In this document: positions 36,428 to 47,130 of the stretch, piece by piece
Numbering within the stretch: the stretch's first letter is position 1
Layout of the letters: each line of letters begins with the position of its first letter
Assembly: GCA_963843845.1 (NCBI GenBank)
Contig: CAWJMB010000002.1
Span: forward strand, 352,001-416,000
From: an uncultured Gemmatimonadaceae bacterium
GTDB taxonomy: Bacteria > Gemmatimonadota > Gemmatimonadetes > Gemmatimonadales > Gemmatimonadaceae
Length of the DNA: 64,000 nt
Reading direction: 5' to 3'
Translations under genes and position numbers: made by a program
The notes under the pieces: model-generated
Told to the model about the DNA's origin: nothing
The model's input: only the letters and a program-made list of their open reading frames with translations
The model's database searches: none

Positions 36428-38569
36428 CTACGGCGTGACGCCACGCGGCACCGCGGCCATCCGTACCTCCGTCATCGTCACCACGTGGCGCCGCAACGCG
36501 GCCGAGAACGTCAGCGGGATGTAGCCGGCGAGCGACGCGGAGAACGTCTGCGCTCCCTCGGGCAGGTCGGAGAGCACGAAACGCCCGAGCCGGTCGGTCG
36601 TCGCGACGCGCTCGGCGCCCGCACCCCCAGCGAGCGCGATGCGGACGTCGGGGAGGAGGGCGCCGTCGGCACCACGAACCACGCCGCGCAGCATCGCCGA
36701 CGGCACCTGGGCTACCAGCCGCGGTGGTGTCGCGACAGTGAAGTCGTGCCGCCGGATGCCCAGCGCCGGGATCGGTGCCACGAACGGCCCGCTCGTGTCG
36801 CGCGTCGCGACCGCCACGACACTCGGTTGCGCGGAGGGCGGAACGCCGCAGATCCGATACATCCCCTGGCGGTCGGTCGCCGCCGCGACCTCGACGAGCT
36901 GCGCCTGCTCGCGCGGCGATCCCGGCAGCCCCGGCGCCGCGGGGCGCAGCTCGATCCAGCTCGCCCGCACGGTCGCGTTCGCCACCACGCGATCGCCGTA
37001 GGACCGTACGGTCCCGAAAACGAGGGTGCTGTCTCTCACCGACGCCCGACCGTCGCTCGGCCGGGCGCAGCCGGTGAACAGCGTACGGCGGGACGGTGTC
37101 GCGACATCGCCCTGCACGAGCGCCCCCGGCGTCAGCCGCACGTCGTAGCTCGGGAGCACGGCGCCGGCGGAGTCGAAGACGGTCGACGAGAACGTGAGGC
37201 GGTACGTCCCCGCAGGGATCGAATCGAGCAGGTAGCGCCCCACGCTGTCCGTCTCGACGACGCGCGGGTCGATCGCCACCGCGGGGTCGTCCGCGATCCC
37301 CTCGCCGATCGCTCTCGGTACCAGCGCGACCGCTGCGCGAACGAGCGGCCGCATGTGCAGACTGTCGTAGACCGCGCCTTCGATCCGCGCCGGGAACGTC
37401 AGCGCCTCGTAGGGCGCGAGCACCAGCGCGAGCGACGAAGGAAGGCCGCTCGGCGGTGCGGCGATTCCGCTCACCACGCCGCCGGACTCGACGTAGCCGG
37501 ACGGACGCGTCTGCCGGGTGACGAACGGCGTGGCGAAGCGCGGCATCCGGACGTGCCACGCGCTCACGATCCACCGCCCTCCCGGCAGCGACTCGAACAC
37601 GACGCGTCCGCCGCTCCGCCCCTCACCGATCGCCGCGGTCGGGAGACGGGTGGTCGCGTACCAGAAGTCCAGGTAGCGCAGCTCGGCGCTCGACGGATCC
37701 ATCCACAGCGTGCCGGCGATGTCGGGCACGTTGCGGCGGTTCGGCGCCGGCGTGAAGCGCACGCCGAGGAGCCCCTGCGACGGGCCGCGGCCGCTGACGG
37801 CCTCGAAGCAGTGGTCGCGCAGGAACTCGTCCGACAGCAGGACCTCGGCGTCGGGGCCGAAGAACGTCACGCCGTCGCGCGCGGTGCGGAGGTAGCCGGA
37901 GTCGGACAGGACGCGCGCGTCGATCGCCGAGAACGGGCGCGTCGTCTCCGTCCGCCGGGGCAGCGCGACGCTCACCTCGAGCAGGTCGCCGTCGGTCGAC
38001 ACGCGCCGGCGGAACGTGCGGCTGACGAGCCCCGCCGCGGCGCTCGACCCCGCGCTCGCGCTGTCGCCGGCCGCGACCGTCGTCACCCGGTCGCGCGCGC
38101 GCTCGTCGCCGGTGAGCGCCGTCGCGAGCAACGCCTTCCGGGCTTCCTCGAGCAGCGAGGCGACCGTGCCGGCGGCGCTCGCCTCGCGCGCGCACCGCCG
38201 CGCGCCGGTGATGCGCATGGCGCTCAGCACGACGCGCCGCGCGGGTACGCGCAGCGCCACGGCGACGGTGTCGGTGCCCGAGACCGTCACCGGCGGCGAC
38301 AGGAACGGCTCGTAGCCGATCCGGCGAATGCGGACCGTGTACGTCCCGGCGGCGAGAAGGGGCACGACCCGGCTCCCGTCGTCGCGCAGCAGCAGTTGCG
38401 CCGCGTTCACCCCCTGCGCGTCGACGACGTCGGCGATCGCGCCGGCGAGCGGCTGCCCGGTCGTCTCCTCGGTCGCACGTATGCGGAGCGCCTGCGCGCC
38501 GAGCGTGCGCCCGCCGAGTGCGAGAGCGCCGAGTGCGAGAGCGCCGAGTGCGGCGCGGCGACAGGTCAT
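36428..38569 (-). CDS. Secreted protein with multiple carboxypeptidase-regulatory-like (CarboxypepD_reg) domains
   Basis: Signal peptide; repeated GTYTVRIRRIGY / TDSVGRYLLDSIPAGTYRL / TDRLGRFVLSDLPEG modules. Confidence 0.75.
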   Translation of the reverse strand: MTCRRAALGALALGALALGGRTLGAQALRIRATEETTGQPLAGAIADVVDAQGVNAAQLLLRDDGSRVVPLLAAGTYTVRIRRIGYEPFLSPPVTVSGTDTVAVALRVPARRVVLSAMRITGARRCAREASAAGTVASLLEEARKALLATALTGDERARDRVTTVAAGDSASAGSSAAAGLVSRTFRRRVSTDGDLLEVSVALPRRTETTRPFSAIDARVLSDSGYLRTARDGVTFFGPDAEVLLSDEFLRDHCFEAVSGRGPSQGLLGVRFTPAPNRRNVPDIAGTLWMDPSSAELRYLDFWYATTRLPTAAIGEGRSGGRVVFESLPGGRWIVSAWHVRMPRFATPFVTRQTRPSGYVESGGVVSGIAAPPSGLPSSLALVLAPYEALTFPARIEGAVYDSLHMRPLVRAAVALVPRAIGEGIADDPAVAIDPRVVETDSVGRYLLDSIPAGTYRLTFSSTVFDSAGAVLPSYDVRLTPGALVQGDVATPSRRTLFTGCARPSDGRASVRDSTLVFGTVRSYGDRVVANATVRASWIELRPAAPGLPGSPREQAQLVEVAAATDRQGMYRICGVPPSAQPSVVAVATRDTSGPFVAPIPALGIRRHDFTVATPPRLVAQVPSAMLRGVVRGADGALLPDVRIALAGGAGAERVATTDRLGRFVLSDLPEGAQTFSASLAGYIPLTFSAALRRHVVTMTEVRMAAVPRGVTP

Positions 38570-38634
38570 GCCAGCCCGAGGTGTGGAGTGACGACAGGCG
38601 CGACGTGCTGCCGGCGGTGCTGCCGAACGCGCGG

Positions 38635-39117
38635 CTACCGTGCCACCGTCGCCGTTCGCGCCGCACACACCCGAATCAGCTCCGCCGGCGCGAGCGCGAT
38701 CTCCAGCCCCCGACGCCCCGCGCTGACGTACATCGTCTCCAACGCGAGCGCCGACGCGTCGACGACCGTCGGCAGTCGCTTCCGTTGGCCGAGCGGACTG
38801 ATCCCGCCGATCACGTAGCCGGTCGCCCGCTGCGCGACGTCGGACGCCGCCATCTCGGCGCGCCGTCCGCCGACGGCGTCGGCGAGCGCCTTGAGGTCGA
38901 GCGAGCGGTCGACCGGCACGAGCGCGACGGTCAATCCGCCGCCGGGCGCCGACCCCGGCGTGACGATCACGACGAGCGTCTTGAACACCGCGGCAGGGTC
39001 GAGCCCGAGCGCGTCCGCCGCCTCGACGCCGTAGGACGGCGCGGCGGGATCGTGGTCGTAGCTCAGCAGCTCGAAGCGAACGCCCGCCGTGCGCGCCGCG
39101 ACGACGGCCGGCGTCAC
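38635..39117 (-). CDS. ybaK: Cys-tRNA(Pro) deacylase
   Basis: VFKTLV, LDLKALA, TGYVIGGISPLGQ, VSAGRRGLEI. Confidence 0.95.
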   Translation of the reverse strand: MTPAVVAARTAGVRFELLSYDHDPAAPSYGVEAADALGLDPAAVFKTLVVIVTPGSAPGGGLTVALVPVDRSLDLKALADAVGGRRAEMAASDVAQRATGYVIGGISPLGQRKRLPTVVDASALALETMYVSAGRRGLEIALAPAELIRVCAARTATVAR

Positions 39118-39148
39118 GCGCCGAACGTCACGTCGGGGAGCCCGCGCG

Positions 39149-39337
39149 TCAGAACTCGCGCCGCTTCATCTCCTTGAAGAACGTCGACCGCTCGATGTCC
39201 GCCTCGTCGCTCTTCTCGGCGTCGGGGCGCTGGGTGGCGGCGAGCGTCTTGTCGTAGACCTTCGACTTCTTCGCCGCGGACTGCTCGACCTTCGCGACGT
39301 TCTTCTTGATGAGCTTCGCGAGCTGGTTGTCTTTCAT
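39149..39337 (-). CDS. Small hypothetical protein (62 aa)
   Basis: GGAG RBS and Lys-rich coding-like sequence. Confidence 0.65.
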   Translation of the reverse strand: MKDNQLAKLIKKNVAKVEQSAAKKSKVYDKTLAATQRPDAEKSDEADIERSTFFKEMKRREF

Positions 39338-39346
39338 CGAGAGCTC

Positions 39347-39412
39347 CGGGGATCGGGGATCGGGGATCGAGGCCGGGGATCGAAGGAGCCGATCCCCGAC
39401 CCCCGATCCCGA
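39347..39412. repeat. GGGGATC heptamer repeats forming an imperfect inverted repeat (REP-like)
   Basis: ggggatcggggatcggggatcga...ggggatcg...cgatccccgacccccgatcccga in an intergenic region. Confidence 0.55.
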
Positions 39413-39448
39413 GGAACGCCATCAATGGACGCGCGAGGACGTTCGCCG

Positions 39449-39925
39449 TCAACCGCGGCGCACGCACTGCGCGGCGAGACGGAAACGTACGGTGTCGGTC
39501 AGTCCGGCGCGTACGGCGATGGTGAAGCGCCGCGGCTGATAGCCGGTGCCCGTCGCCGCGAGCACGTAGCGGCCCGCAGCGAGCGGCCCGCTGCGCAAGG
39601 TACCGGCGCCGGCCGCGGCGAGCGACTGCGCCGAGGTGACGGGGGCGCCCGCCCGCAGCAGGCGGACCGGCCCTTCCGGCTGTGTGAGCCCCGAGTCCGC
39701 CGACGCGAGCTGCACGACGAGCGCGCCGGGGCCGGTGAGCGGACGCGACGGCCGGCGCGGCGTGCGCGCGCGGGAGACGGCGACCGCGGTACGCTGGCCG
39801 CAATAGCCGGCGACGGGAGTCATCACCGCGCCATGAGGCGACGAGCCACCGCGGGTGGCGCGGCTGCACGCCGTCGCCGCGAGGACCGCGGCGAGCGACG
39901 CGCCGGCGCGCGCGACGCGTCTCAC
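39449..39925 (-). CDS. Hypothetical lipoprotein with carboxypeptidase-regulatory-like domain
   Basis: GTG start overlapping the upstream stop; signal ending ATAC; C-terminal GRYVLAATGTGY. Confidence 0.55.
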   Translation of the reverse strand: MRRVARAGASLAAVLAATACSRATRGGSSPHGAVMTPVAGYCGQRTAVAVSRARTPRRPSRPLTGPGALVVQLASADSGLTQPEGPVRLLRAGAPVTSAQSLAAAGAGTLRSGPLAAGRYVLAATGTGYQPRRFTIAVRAGLTDTVRFRLAAQCVRRG

Positions 39926-40584
39926 GTCTTCTGCGGCAGCTCCGCCGCCGCGCGCGGCGACTCGGCGAACAGCTTCGTCACGAAGCGCTGTCCCTCGCCG
40001 ATCCGCTCGACCTCGACGGCGACGGCGTCGACCGCGTGCTCGAGGCGCGCCATCCGCTCGACGAGCTCCGCAGTGAGGGCGGTCGGGGCGGCGACGGGGC
40101 GCTTCCACAGCCGCCGCGCGTAGGCGAGCGTCAGCGGAAACAGCACGAAGACGATCATCGTGCAGGCGACGATCATCGCCACCGGCGGCCCGTCGTTCAC
40201 CCGGATCTCGCGCGGCGGATCGGGAACGACGGCGCCTGGGATCCCGGCCGCCTGCGCGACCGCTTCGTCGTTCGCCCCGATCTGACGGTTGACCGACGTG
40301 ATGCGCCCGTCGACTTCGGTGAGCTGCGCCTGCAGCCCCGAGCGATTCACCCCGTCGAGCTGCTGGTCGTTGAGCTGCTCCGACAGCTCCTCGCGCCGGT
40401 CGGTGAGCCCCTCCATCTGCTCGCGCAGCTCGTCGCCGCGCGCCTTCAGCGCACGCAGCACGTCGGCCGGCCCGCCCGTCACGCCGCTCACCGTCACACC
40501 ACCGTTGCGAGAGACGACGACGACCGGCCCGCCCGGCGTCGGCGGAGCGGGGGGTGTCGGTGGAACGGGGGGGGCGACCTGCAT
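39922..40584 (-). CDS. Hypothetical membrane protein (coiled coil + single TM)
   Basis: TM IVACTMIVFVLFPLTLAYARRLW and C-terminal AVAVEVERIGEGQRFVTKL. Confidence 0.7.
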   Translation of the reverse strand: MQVAPPVPPTPPAPPTPGGPVVVVSRNGGVTVSGVTGGPADVLRALKARGDELREQMEGLTDRREELSEQLNDQQLDGVNRSGLQAQLTEVDGRITSVNRQIGANDEAVAQAAGIPGAVVPDPPREIRVNDGPPVAMIVACTMIVFVLFPLTLAYARRLWKRPVAAPTALTAELVERMARLEHAVDAVAVEVERIGEGQRFVTKLFAESPRAAAELPQKT

Positions 40585-40690
40585 GAGAACACTCCGAGCC
40601 TGGTGACGACCGAGCGAAGATAACGCGTCGGCCCAATACGCCGTGGGGTCGACGGCGGGTTTCACGACGGCGCGCCGCCGCTCACCCGGC

Positions 40691-40840
40691 TCAACGCGCG
40701 ACCGGTGGCGGGACGTAGTGCATGACCAGCGTCGAGAGGGTGGAGATGAGCGCGACGGTGATCGCGGTGATCGCGGCCCACGCCTCCTTGCTGAGGCGCG
40801 GCGTGCGGCGCGAACCGACGCGGCGGCGTGTGCGAGTCAT
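40691..40840 (-). CDS. Possible 49-aa single-TM small protein
   Basis: GGAG RBS; MTRTRRRVGSRRTPRLSKEAWAAITAITVALISTLSTLVMHYVPPPVAR. Confidence 0.4.
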   Translation of the reverse strand: MTRTRRRVGSRRTPRLSKEAWAAITAITVALISTLSTLVMHYVPPPVAR

Positions 40841-40946
40841 GTGCGGCTCCGGCATGTGAGACACCCCAAGAGCACCGGCGCCGGACGCGTGCAGCCGCTA
40901 CTCTCCGTCGTCTCCCGCTCACGATCCGCCTTTCACGACCCGTCGG

Positions 40947-41705
40947 ATGCTCCGCCGCTGCCTGCTCTCCCTGCTCGCCACGGTCGCCGCTGCACTCCCG
41001 GCCGCCGCCCGCGCGCAGACCGACACGACGCTGCACGCGTCGAACGTCTGGCTCGTCTACAACGGCACGCACGCGCTGTCGTCGCGGTGGGCGCTGCTCG
41101 TCGACGCGCAGCTTCGACGCACCGACTTCCTGTCGTCGCCGAAGCAGGGGGAACTCCGTCCGGCGCTGCGCTATCAGTGGACGCGCCAGCTCTCCACCGC
41201 CGTCGGCTACGCCTTCTTCCACACCTCGACGAGCACGCTCCTCGCCCAGGCGCTCCCCGTGAACGAGCACCGCGTGTGGGAGCAGCTCGCCTTCCGTCAG
41301 GGAACGCCCCGCCTGTCGGTGGAACACCGGCTGCGCCTGGAGCAGCGGTGGGAGCAGCGCGTGCAGCGCGTGAGCGGCACGCCGCGGATCACCGAGCGCG
41401 CCTACCAGAACCGGGCGCGGTATCAGTTCCGCCTCTCGCACCCGCTGCACGCCGGGCCGCTGTCGGACCCCGGCCCGTACGCCACCGCCGGCGACGAGCT
41501 GTTCTTCCAGCGGTGGGGTCCGACCGTCCGGCGCGCCTTCGATCAGAACCGCGGCTTCGCGGCGCTCGGGTATCGGTGGAACACGCGGTGGCGGGCGGAG
41601 GCGGGGTACATGAATCAGTACCGCGAGGCGAACGTCGGGAGCCGTCACGCGAGCGAGCACGTGCTGCAGCTCACGCTGTTCTCCGAGGTGCCGTTCCACC
41701 GCTGA
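40947..41705 (+). CDS. DUF2490-like outer-membrane beta-barrel protein
   Basis: Signal peptide; EHRVWEQL, HRLRLEQRW, FDQNRGFAALGY. Confidence 0.8.
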   Translation: MLRRCLLSLLATVAAALPAAARAQTDTTLHASNVWLVYNGTHALSSRWALLVDAQLRRTDFLSSPKQGELRPALRYQWTRQLSTAVGYAFFHTSTSTLLAQALPVNEHRVWEQLAFRQGTPRLSVEHRLRLEQRWEQRVQRVSGTPRITERAYQNRARYQFRLSHPLHAGPLSDPGPYATAGDELFFQRWGPTVRRAFDQNRGFAALGYRWNTRWRAEAGYMNQYREANVGSRHASEHVLQLTLFSEVPFHR

Positions 41706-41793
41706 CACGCTCGGCCCGGGCGAGCCGCGCTGCCGATTTCGGCGCGGCTCGTGCGTCGCAGCGGGCGTTCGCCTCTCACTCGCGACCGGGCCC

Positions 41794-42360
41794 ATGCACT
41801 TCACGATCAACGGCCAGCCGTACGACGTGGACGTCGACGTCCGCACGTCGCTGCTCGATCTGCTGCGCGACCACCTCGGGCTGACCGGCACGAAGGCGGG
41901 GTGCAACCAGGGGGCGTGCGGCGCCTGCACCGTGCTCGCCGACGGCGAGCGCATCAACGCGTGCCTCGCGCTCGCCGCACAGTACGAGCGCCGCGCGATC
42001 ACGACGATCGAAGGGCTCGGGACGGTGAGCGCGCTGCACGCGCTCCAGGAGGCGTTCGTCACCTGCGACGGGTTGCAGTGCGGCTACTGTACGCCCGGCC
42101 AGCTCTGCTCCGCCGTCGGCATGGCGAGCGAGATCGCGCGCGGCGTGCCGAGCGCGGTGACGGCCGACCTCGCGCGCGGCGGCGCGATCGCGCTCGGCGA
42201 CGACGAGATCCGCGAGCGGATGAGCGGCAACCTCTGTCGCTGCGGCGCCTACAACGGCATCGTCGACGCGATCCGCGAGACGTTCGGCGGCGAGCGCTGG
42301 GCGCGGACGGGAACGCACGCCGCGGCCGTCGCGTCAGCTGCAACGGAGGGCGCGCGATGA
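41794..42360 (+). CDS. paoA: Aldehyde oxidoreductase / xanthine dehydrogenase family 2Fe-2S subunit (PaoA/YagT-like)
   Basis: GCNQGACGACTV, QCGYCTPGQ, GNLCRCGAY. Confidence 0.92.
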   Translation: MHFTINGQPYDVDVDVRTSLLDLLRDHLGLTGTKAGCNQGACGACTVLADGERINACLALAAQYERRAITTIEGLGTVSALHALQEAFVTCDGLQCGYCTPGQLCSAVGMASEIARGVPSAVTADLARGGAIALGDDEIRERMSGNLCRCGAYNGIVDAIRETFGGERWARTGTHAAAVASAATEGAR

Positions 42361-43364
42361 TCGAGTTCCGCTACGCGCGCGCGGCGGACGTGCCCGACGC
42401 CCTCCGCCTGCACCGGGACGCGACGAGCGCGCGCTACCTCGGCGGGGGCACGAACCTCGTCGACCTGCTGCGCGAGAACGTCGAGCGGCCCGACGCGGTG
42501 GTCGACGTATCGCGCCTCTCGCGCGAGATCGAGGCGCGCGCCGACGGCGGCGTCGTGGTGGGCGCCGGCGCGACGAACACCGCCGTCGCCGCGCACGCCG
42601 CCGTGCGCGCGCGCTTTCCCCTGCTCGCGGAGGCGATCCTGAGCGGCGCGTCGGGGCAGATTCGCAACATGGCGACCGTCGGCGGCAACGTCATGCAGCG
42701 CACGCGCTGCTACTACTTCTACGACGGCGCGGCGCGCTGCAACAAGCGGTCGCCGGGAGCGGGCTGCGACGCGATCGACGGATACAACCGCATCCACGCC
42801 GTGTTGGGCGCGTCGCCGCACTGCGTCGCGACGCACCCCTCGGACATGTGCGTCGCCCTCGCGGCGCTGAACGCGGTCGTGCATCTCGACGGGCCGACCG
42901 GGTCTCGCACGCTGGCGCTCACCGAGCTGCATCGCCTGCCCGGCGACACGCCCCACGTCGAGACGAACCTCGCGCCGGGCGAGCTCGTCACCGCCGTCGA
43001 GATCCCGGCGCTGCCGTCCGCGGCGCGCTCCACCTACCGCAAGGTGCGCGACCGCTCGAGCTACGCGTTCGCGCTCGTCTCGGTCGCCGCGGCGCTCGAG
43101 GTCGACGGCGGCACCGTACGCGACGTGCGGCTCGCGTTCGGCGGCGTCGCGCACACGCCGTGGCGGGCGACCGTCGCCGAGTCGCTGCTGCGCGGCGCGC
43201 CGGCGACCGAGGAGAACTTCGCGCGCGCCGCGGCGGCCGAGCTGGCACCGGCCGTGGGGCTCGCGCACAACGCGTTCAAGATCGACCTCGCCCGGCGCGT
43301 GATCGTGCACGCGCTGTCGGACCTCGCAGCGATCCCGGGCGCCAGCGCGGAGGCACACGCATGA
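42357..43364 (+). CDS. paoB: FAD-binding subunit (PaoB/YagS-like)
   Basis: YLGGGTNLVDL, QIRNMATVGGN, QRTRCYYF, YRKVRDRSSYAFALVS. Confidence 0.92.
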   Translation: MIEFRYARAADVPDALRLHRDATSARYLGGGTNLVDLLRENVERPDAVVDVSRLSREIEARADGGVVVGAGATNTAVAAHAAVRARFPLLAEAILSGASGQIRNMATVGGNVMQRTRCYYFYDGAARCNKRSPGAGCDAIDGYNRIHAVLGASPHCVATHPSDMCVALAALNAVVHLDGPTGSRTLALTELHRLPGDTPHVETNLAPGELVTAVEIPALPSAARSTYRKVRDRSSYAFALVSVAAALEVDGGTVRDVRLAFGGVAHTPWRATVAESLLRGAPATEENFARAAAAELAPAVGLAHNAFKIDLARRVIVHALSDLAAIPGASAEAHA

Positions 43365-45667
43365 GTCTCGCGCAGCAGGCGATGGAGGCGATCGCGCGGC
43401 GCCTCCCCGACGCGCCGGCCGATCCGCTGATCCACGGGCGCGTCGCCGTCGGGCAGCCGCTGTCGCGCGTCGACGGCCCGCTGAAAGTCGCCGGCGCCGC
43501 GCGCTTCACGGCCGACGTGGCGCTCGACGGACTCGCCTACGCGTCGCTCGTCTGCAGCGCGATCGCGCGCGGCCGCATCACGCGCATCGACGACGCCGCG
43601 GCGCGCGCGACCCCGGGGGTGATCGGCCTCGTCACGCACGAGACCGTGATGCCGCTGAAGCCGCCGCCGCTCTACAACGACACGTCGAAAGGCGGTGCGG
43701 CGAGTCGCCTGCCGGTGATGCAGGACGACAGCGTGCGCTGGAACGGCCAGGCCGTCGCGGTCGTCGTCGCGGAGTCGCAGGAGATCGCCGACGAGGCGGC
43801 GGCGCTCGTGCGCGTCGAGTACGAGTCCGAGCCCGCCGCGCTCTCGTTCGACGCACTGCGGTCGACCGCCACGCCGCCGAGAGACATCCTCGGCGAGCCG
43901 CCCGAGGTGCGGCGCGGCGACGCCGAGCGCGCGCTGGCCGACGCCGCGGTGCGCGTCGACGCGACGTACCGCACGCCGCGTCACAACCACGCGGCGATGG
44001 AGCTGCACGCGACGACCGCGGTGTGGGAGGGGGACGACGCGGTGACCGTGTACGATGCGTCGCAGATTCTGCGCGAGGCGCGCTTCACGCTCGCGACGAC
44101 GTTCGGGCTGAAGGAGGAGCAGGTGCGCATGATCGCGCCGTTCGTCGGCGGCGCGTTCGGCGGCAAGACGGTGTGGAGCCACACGATTCTCTGCGTGGCC
44201 GCGGCGAAGATGTTCGCCCGCCCCGTGCGGCTCGTGCTGTCGCGCGAGGACATGTTCCGCGTCGTCGGCGGGCGGGCGGCGTCGGAGCAGCGCGTCGCGT
44301 TAGGCGCTCGTGCCGACGGCACGCTGACCGCGCTCGTGCACACCGGCGACACGGCGGTCGTTCGGCACAACGCCTTCCCCGAGCAGTTCTCCTTCCCGGC
44401 GCGCCACCTCTACGCGAGCGAGACGCTGCACGTCGCGCAGCGAACGGTCGCGCTCGACATCGTCGCGAACACGGCGATGCGCGCGCCGGGCGAATCGATC
44501 GGCACGTTCGCGCTCGAGAGCGCGATGGACGAGCTGGCGACGGCGTCAGGCATCGACCCGATCGCGCTGCGCGCGCGCAACGAGCCGACGACCGACCCGA
44601 CGAACGACAGGCCGTTCTCGTCGCGCCACCTCGTCGAGGCCTACCGACGCGGCGCGGTGCGCTTCGGGTGGCACGGTCGCACGCCGCGGCCGCGCGCGCA
44701 GCGCGACGGCGACTGGTGGGTCGGTCAGGGCGTCGCGACGGCCTACTACCCGTACTACCGACTGCCGGGCGGCTCGGCGCGCGTCCGCCTGACGATCGAC
44801 GGCCGCGCGGTGGTGCAGACGGCGGCGCACGAGATGGGGATGGGCACCGCGACCGCGCAGGCGCAGCACGCCGCCGACCGGCTCGGCCTTCCGGTCGACC
44901 GCGTGACGTTCGAGTACGGCGACACGCGCCTCCCGATCGCGACGCAGGCGGGCGGGTCGTCGCAGACGGCGAGCATCGCCGCGACGATCATCGCCGCGAC
45001 CGCCGCGCTCGTGAAGGAGCTGATCGCGCTCGCCGGCACGGAGTCGCCGCTCGCCGGCGCGTCGCCCGACGACGTGGTCGCGCGCGACGGCGGCCTCTAT
45101 CGCATCGAGTCCGCGTCGCAGGGCGAGTCGTACGCCGCGATCCTCGCGCGCGCCGGCCGCGAGTCGGTCGAGGCCGAGTCGAAAGCGCCGCCGCCGCTCG
45201 AGATGATGCAGTACTCGATGCACTCGTACGGCGCGCAGTTCTGCGAGGTGCGCGTGCACGACGTCACCGGCGAGGTCCGCGTCGCGCGCTGGCTCGGCTC
45301 GTTCGACGTGGGGCGCATCGTCAACCCGAAGACGGCGGCGAGTCAGTTCCGCGGCGGGATCGTCATGGGGATCGGCATGGCGCTCACCGAGGAGGGCGTG
45401 CTCGACGCGCGCACCGGCCGCGCCGTGAACGCGTCGCTCGCCGAGTACCACGTGCCGGTGCACCGAGACATTCCGGAGATCGACGTCCTCTGGAACGACA
45501 TCCCCGACCCGCACGCGCCGTTGGGCGTGCACGGCATCGGTGAGATCGGCATCACCGGCTGTGCGGCGGCGATCGCGAACGCGATCTACCACGCGACGGG
45601 GCGGCGGATTCGCGAGCTGCCGATCACCCTCGACCGCGTGCTGGCGGCGCCGGTGGCGGTGCGGTAG
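43361..45667 (+). CDS. paoC: Molybdopterin-binding subunit (PaoC/YagR-like)
   Basis: RVDGPLKVAGAARF, VGGAFGGK, MRAPGE, EMGMGT, GIGEIGITG. Confidence 0.92.
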   Translation: MSLAQQAMEAIARRLPDAPADPLIHGRVAVGQPLSRVDGPLKVAGAARFTADVALDGLAYASLVCSAIARGRITRIDDAAARATPGVIGLVTHETVMPLKPPPLYNDTSKGGAASRLPVMQDDSVRWNGQAVAVVVAESQEIADEAAALVRVEYESEPAALSFDALRSTATPPRDILGEPPEVRRGDAERALADAAVRVDATYRTPRHNHAAMELHATTAVWEGDDAVTVYDASQILREARFTLATTFGLKEEQVRMIAPFVGGAFGGKTVWSHTILCVAAAKMFARPVRLVLSREDMFRVVGGRAASEQRVALGARADGTLTALVHTGDTAVVRHNAFPEQFSFPARHLYASETLHVAQRTVALDIVANTAMRAPGESIGTFALESAMDELATASGIDPIALRARNEPTTDPTNDRPFSSRHLVEAYRRGAVRFGWHGRTPRPRAQRDGDWWVGQGVATAYYPYYRLPGGSARVRLTIDGRAVVQTAAHEMGMGTATAQAQHAADRLGLPVDRVTFEYGDTRLPIATQAGGSSQTASIAATIIAATAALVKELIALAGTESPLAGASPDDVVARDGGLYRIESASQGESYAAILARAGRESVEAESKAPPPLEMMQYSMHSYGAQFCEVRVHDVTGEVRVARWLGSFDVGRIVNPKTAASQFRGGIVMGIGMALTEEGVLDARTGRAVNASLAEYHVPVHRDIPEIDVLWNDIPDPHAPLGVHGIGEIGITGCAAAIANAIYHATGRRIRELPITLDRVLAAPVAVR

Positions 45668-45789
45668 GGGCGCGTCGTCGGTGATCGGCGGCTGCGGCAG
45701 GCGACACCGACGACGCCGTCGTTGCGTCGCGCGCGCTCGTCGCGCTACCGTAGCGACTCCCCACCTCAGCGATCCTTCGACGATCCGTC

Positions 45790-47114
45790 ATGCGACGCCG
45801 ACAGTTCGTGCAGCACACGGCGGCGCTGGCCGCGACTTCCTGGCTCGCGGTGCCCGCGTTCGCGACCCCTGCGCGCCGCGCCGCGCCGATGCGGGTGAAC
45901 GCCGCCCGTCTGAACGCCTGGCTCGCGTCGTTCGACGCGATCGGGCGCACGGCGGGCGGCATCAACCGCGTGGCGTACTCGCGCGGCCGACCTCGCGGGG
46001 CGCGCGTTCACGCTCGACCTGTTCCGGCAGGCCGGCCTCACGCCGCGCGTCGACGTCGCCGGCAACATCGTCGGCCGCGATCGACGGCAGCGGGCCGTCG
46101 CTGAAGCCGATCCTCATCGGCTCGCACGTCGACTCGGTCACCGACGGGGGCAACTATGACGGACCGGTCGGCATCGTTCGGCGCCATCGAGGTCGCGCGG
46201 ACGCTGCTGCGAGCACGGCGTGCGGCTGCGCCATCCGCTCGAGGTCGTCGTCTGGCAGAACGAGGAAGGGGGCACGATCGGCAGCAAGCTGGTGATCGGC
46301 GACCTCGCCGACGCGGACCTCGACAAAGTCGCACGCTCAGGCAAGACGATCCGCGAGGGGATCGGCCTGATCGGCGGCGACGTGCGTCGGCTGGCGCGAC
46401 GCCGTTCGCAGCCCGGGCGACGTCGCCTGCTACATCGAGCTGCACATCGAGCAGGGCGGCCTGCTGGAGCAGGCCGGACTCCAGATCGGCGTCGTGCGAG
46501 GGGATCGTCGGACTCCGCTGGTTCGAGGTGACGATCACCGGCGTCGCGAACCACGCCGGCGCGACGCCGATGAACCAGCGGCAGGACGCGATGCTCGCCG
46601 CGGCGAAGTTCACCGTCGGCGTGAACGACGCGATCCGGAGCGAGCCGGGCCGGCAGGTCGCGACGGTCGGGCGCATGACCGTCACGCCGAACACGACGAA
46701 CGTGATCCCGGGGCAGGTCGTGCTCACGGTCGATCTGCGCGATCTCGACGCAGGACACGATCGAACGCTTCACGGCGCGCTTCGAGCAGCTCGGTCGCGA
46801 GATCGGCTCGGCGACGAGCACGACGTTCGCGTTCAGGCGCACCGTCGACAGCGCGCCCGCGCTCGCCCACCCGTCGGTCATGGCGTGGGTCCACGACAGC
46901 GCCGTGGCCCTGGGCCTCACGAGCCAGCGCATGCCGAGCGGCGCCGGGCACGACGCGCAGGAGATCGCGCGCATCGCGCCGATGGGGATGATCTTCGTGC
47001 CGAGCGTCGGGCGGGATCAGCCACTCGCCGAAAGAGTTCACGCGAGCGGACGACGTGGCGCACGGGGCCGACGTGTTGCTGAACGCGGTGCTCGCGGCAG
47101 ACCGAGGACCGTAG
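45790..47114 (+). CDS. Tat-exported Zn-dependent amidohydrolase (M20, allantoate amidohydrolase-like), several frameshifts
   Basis: MRRRQFV Tat-like signal; GSHVDSV, NEEG, YIELHIEQG, NHAGATPM and SGAGHDAQ distributed over different frames. Confidence 0.8.
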
Positions 47115-47130
47115 GGCGTTCGATGCGACG

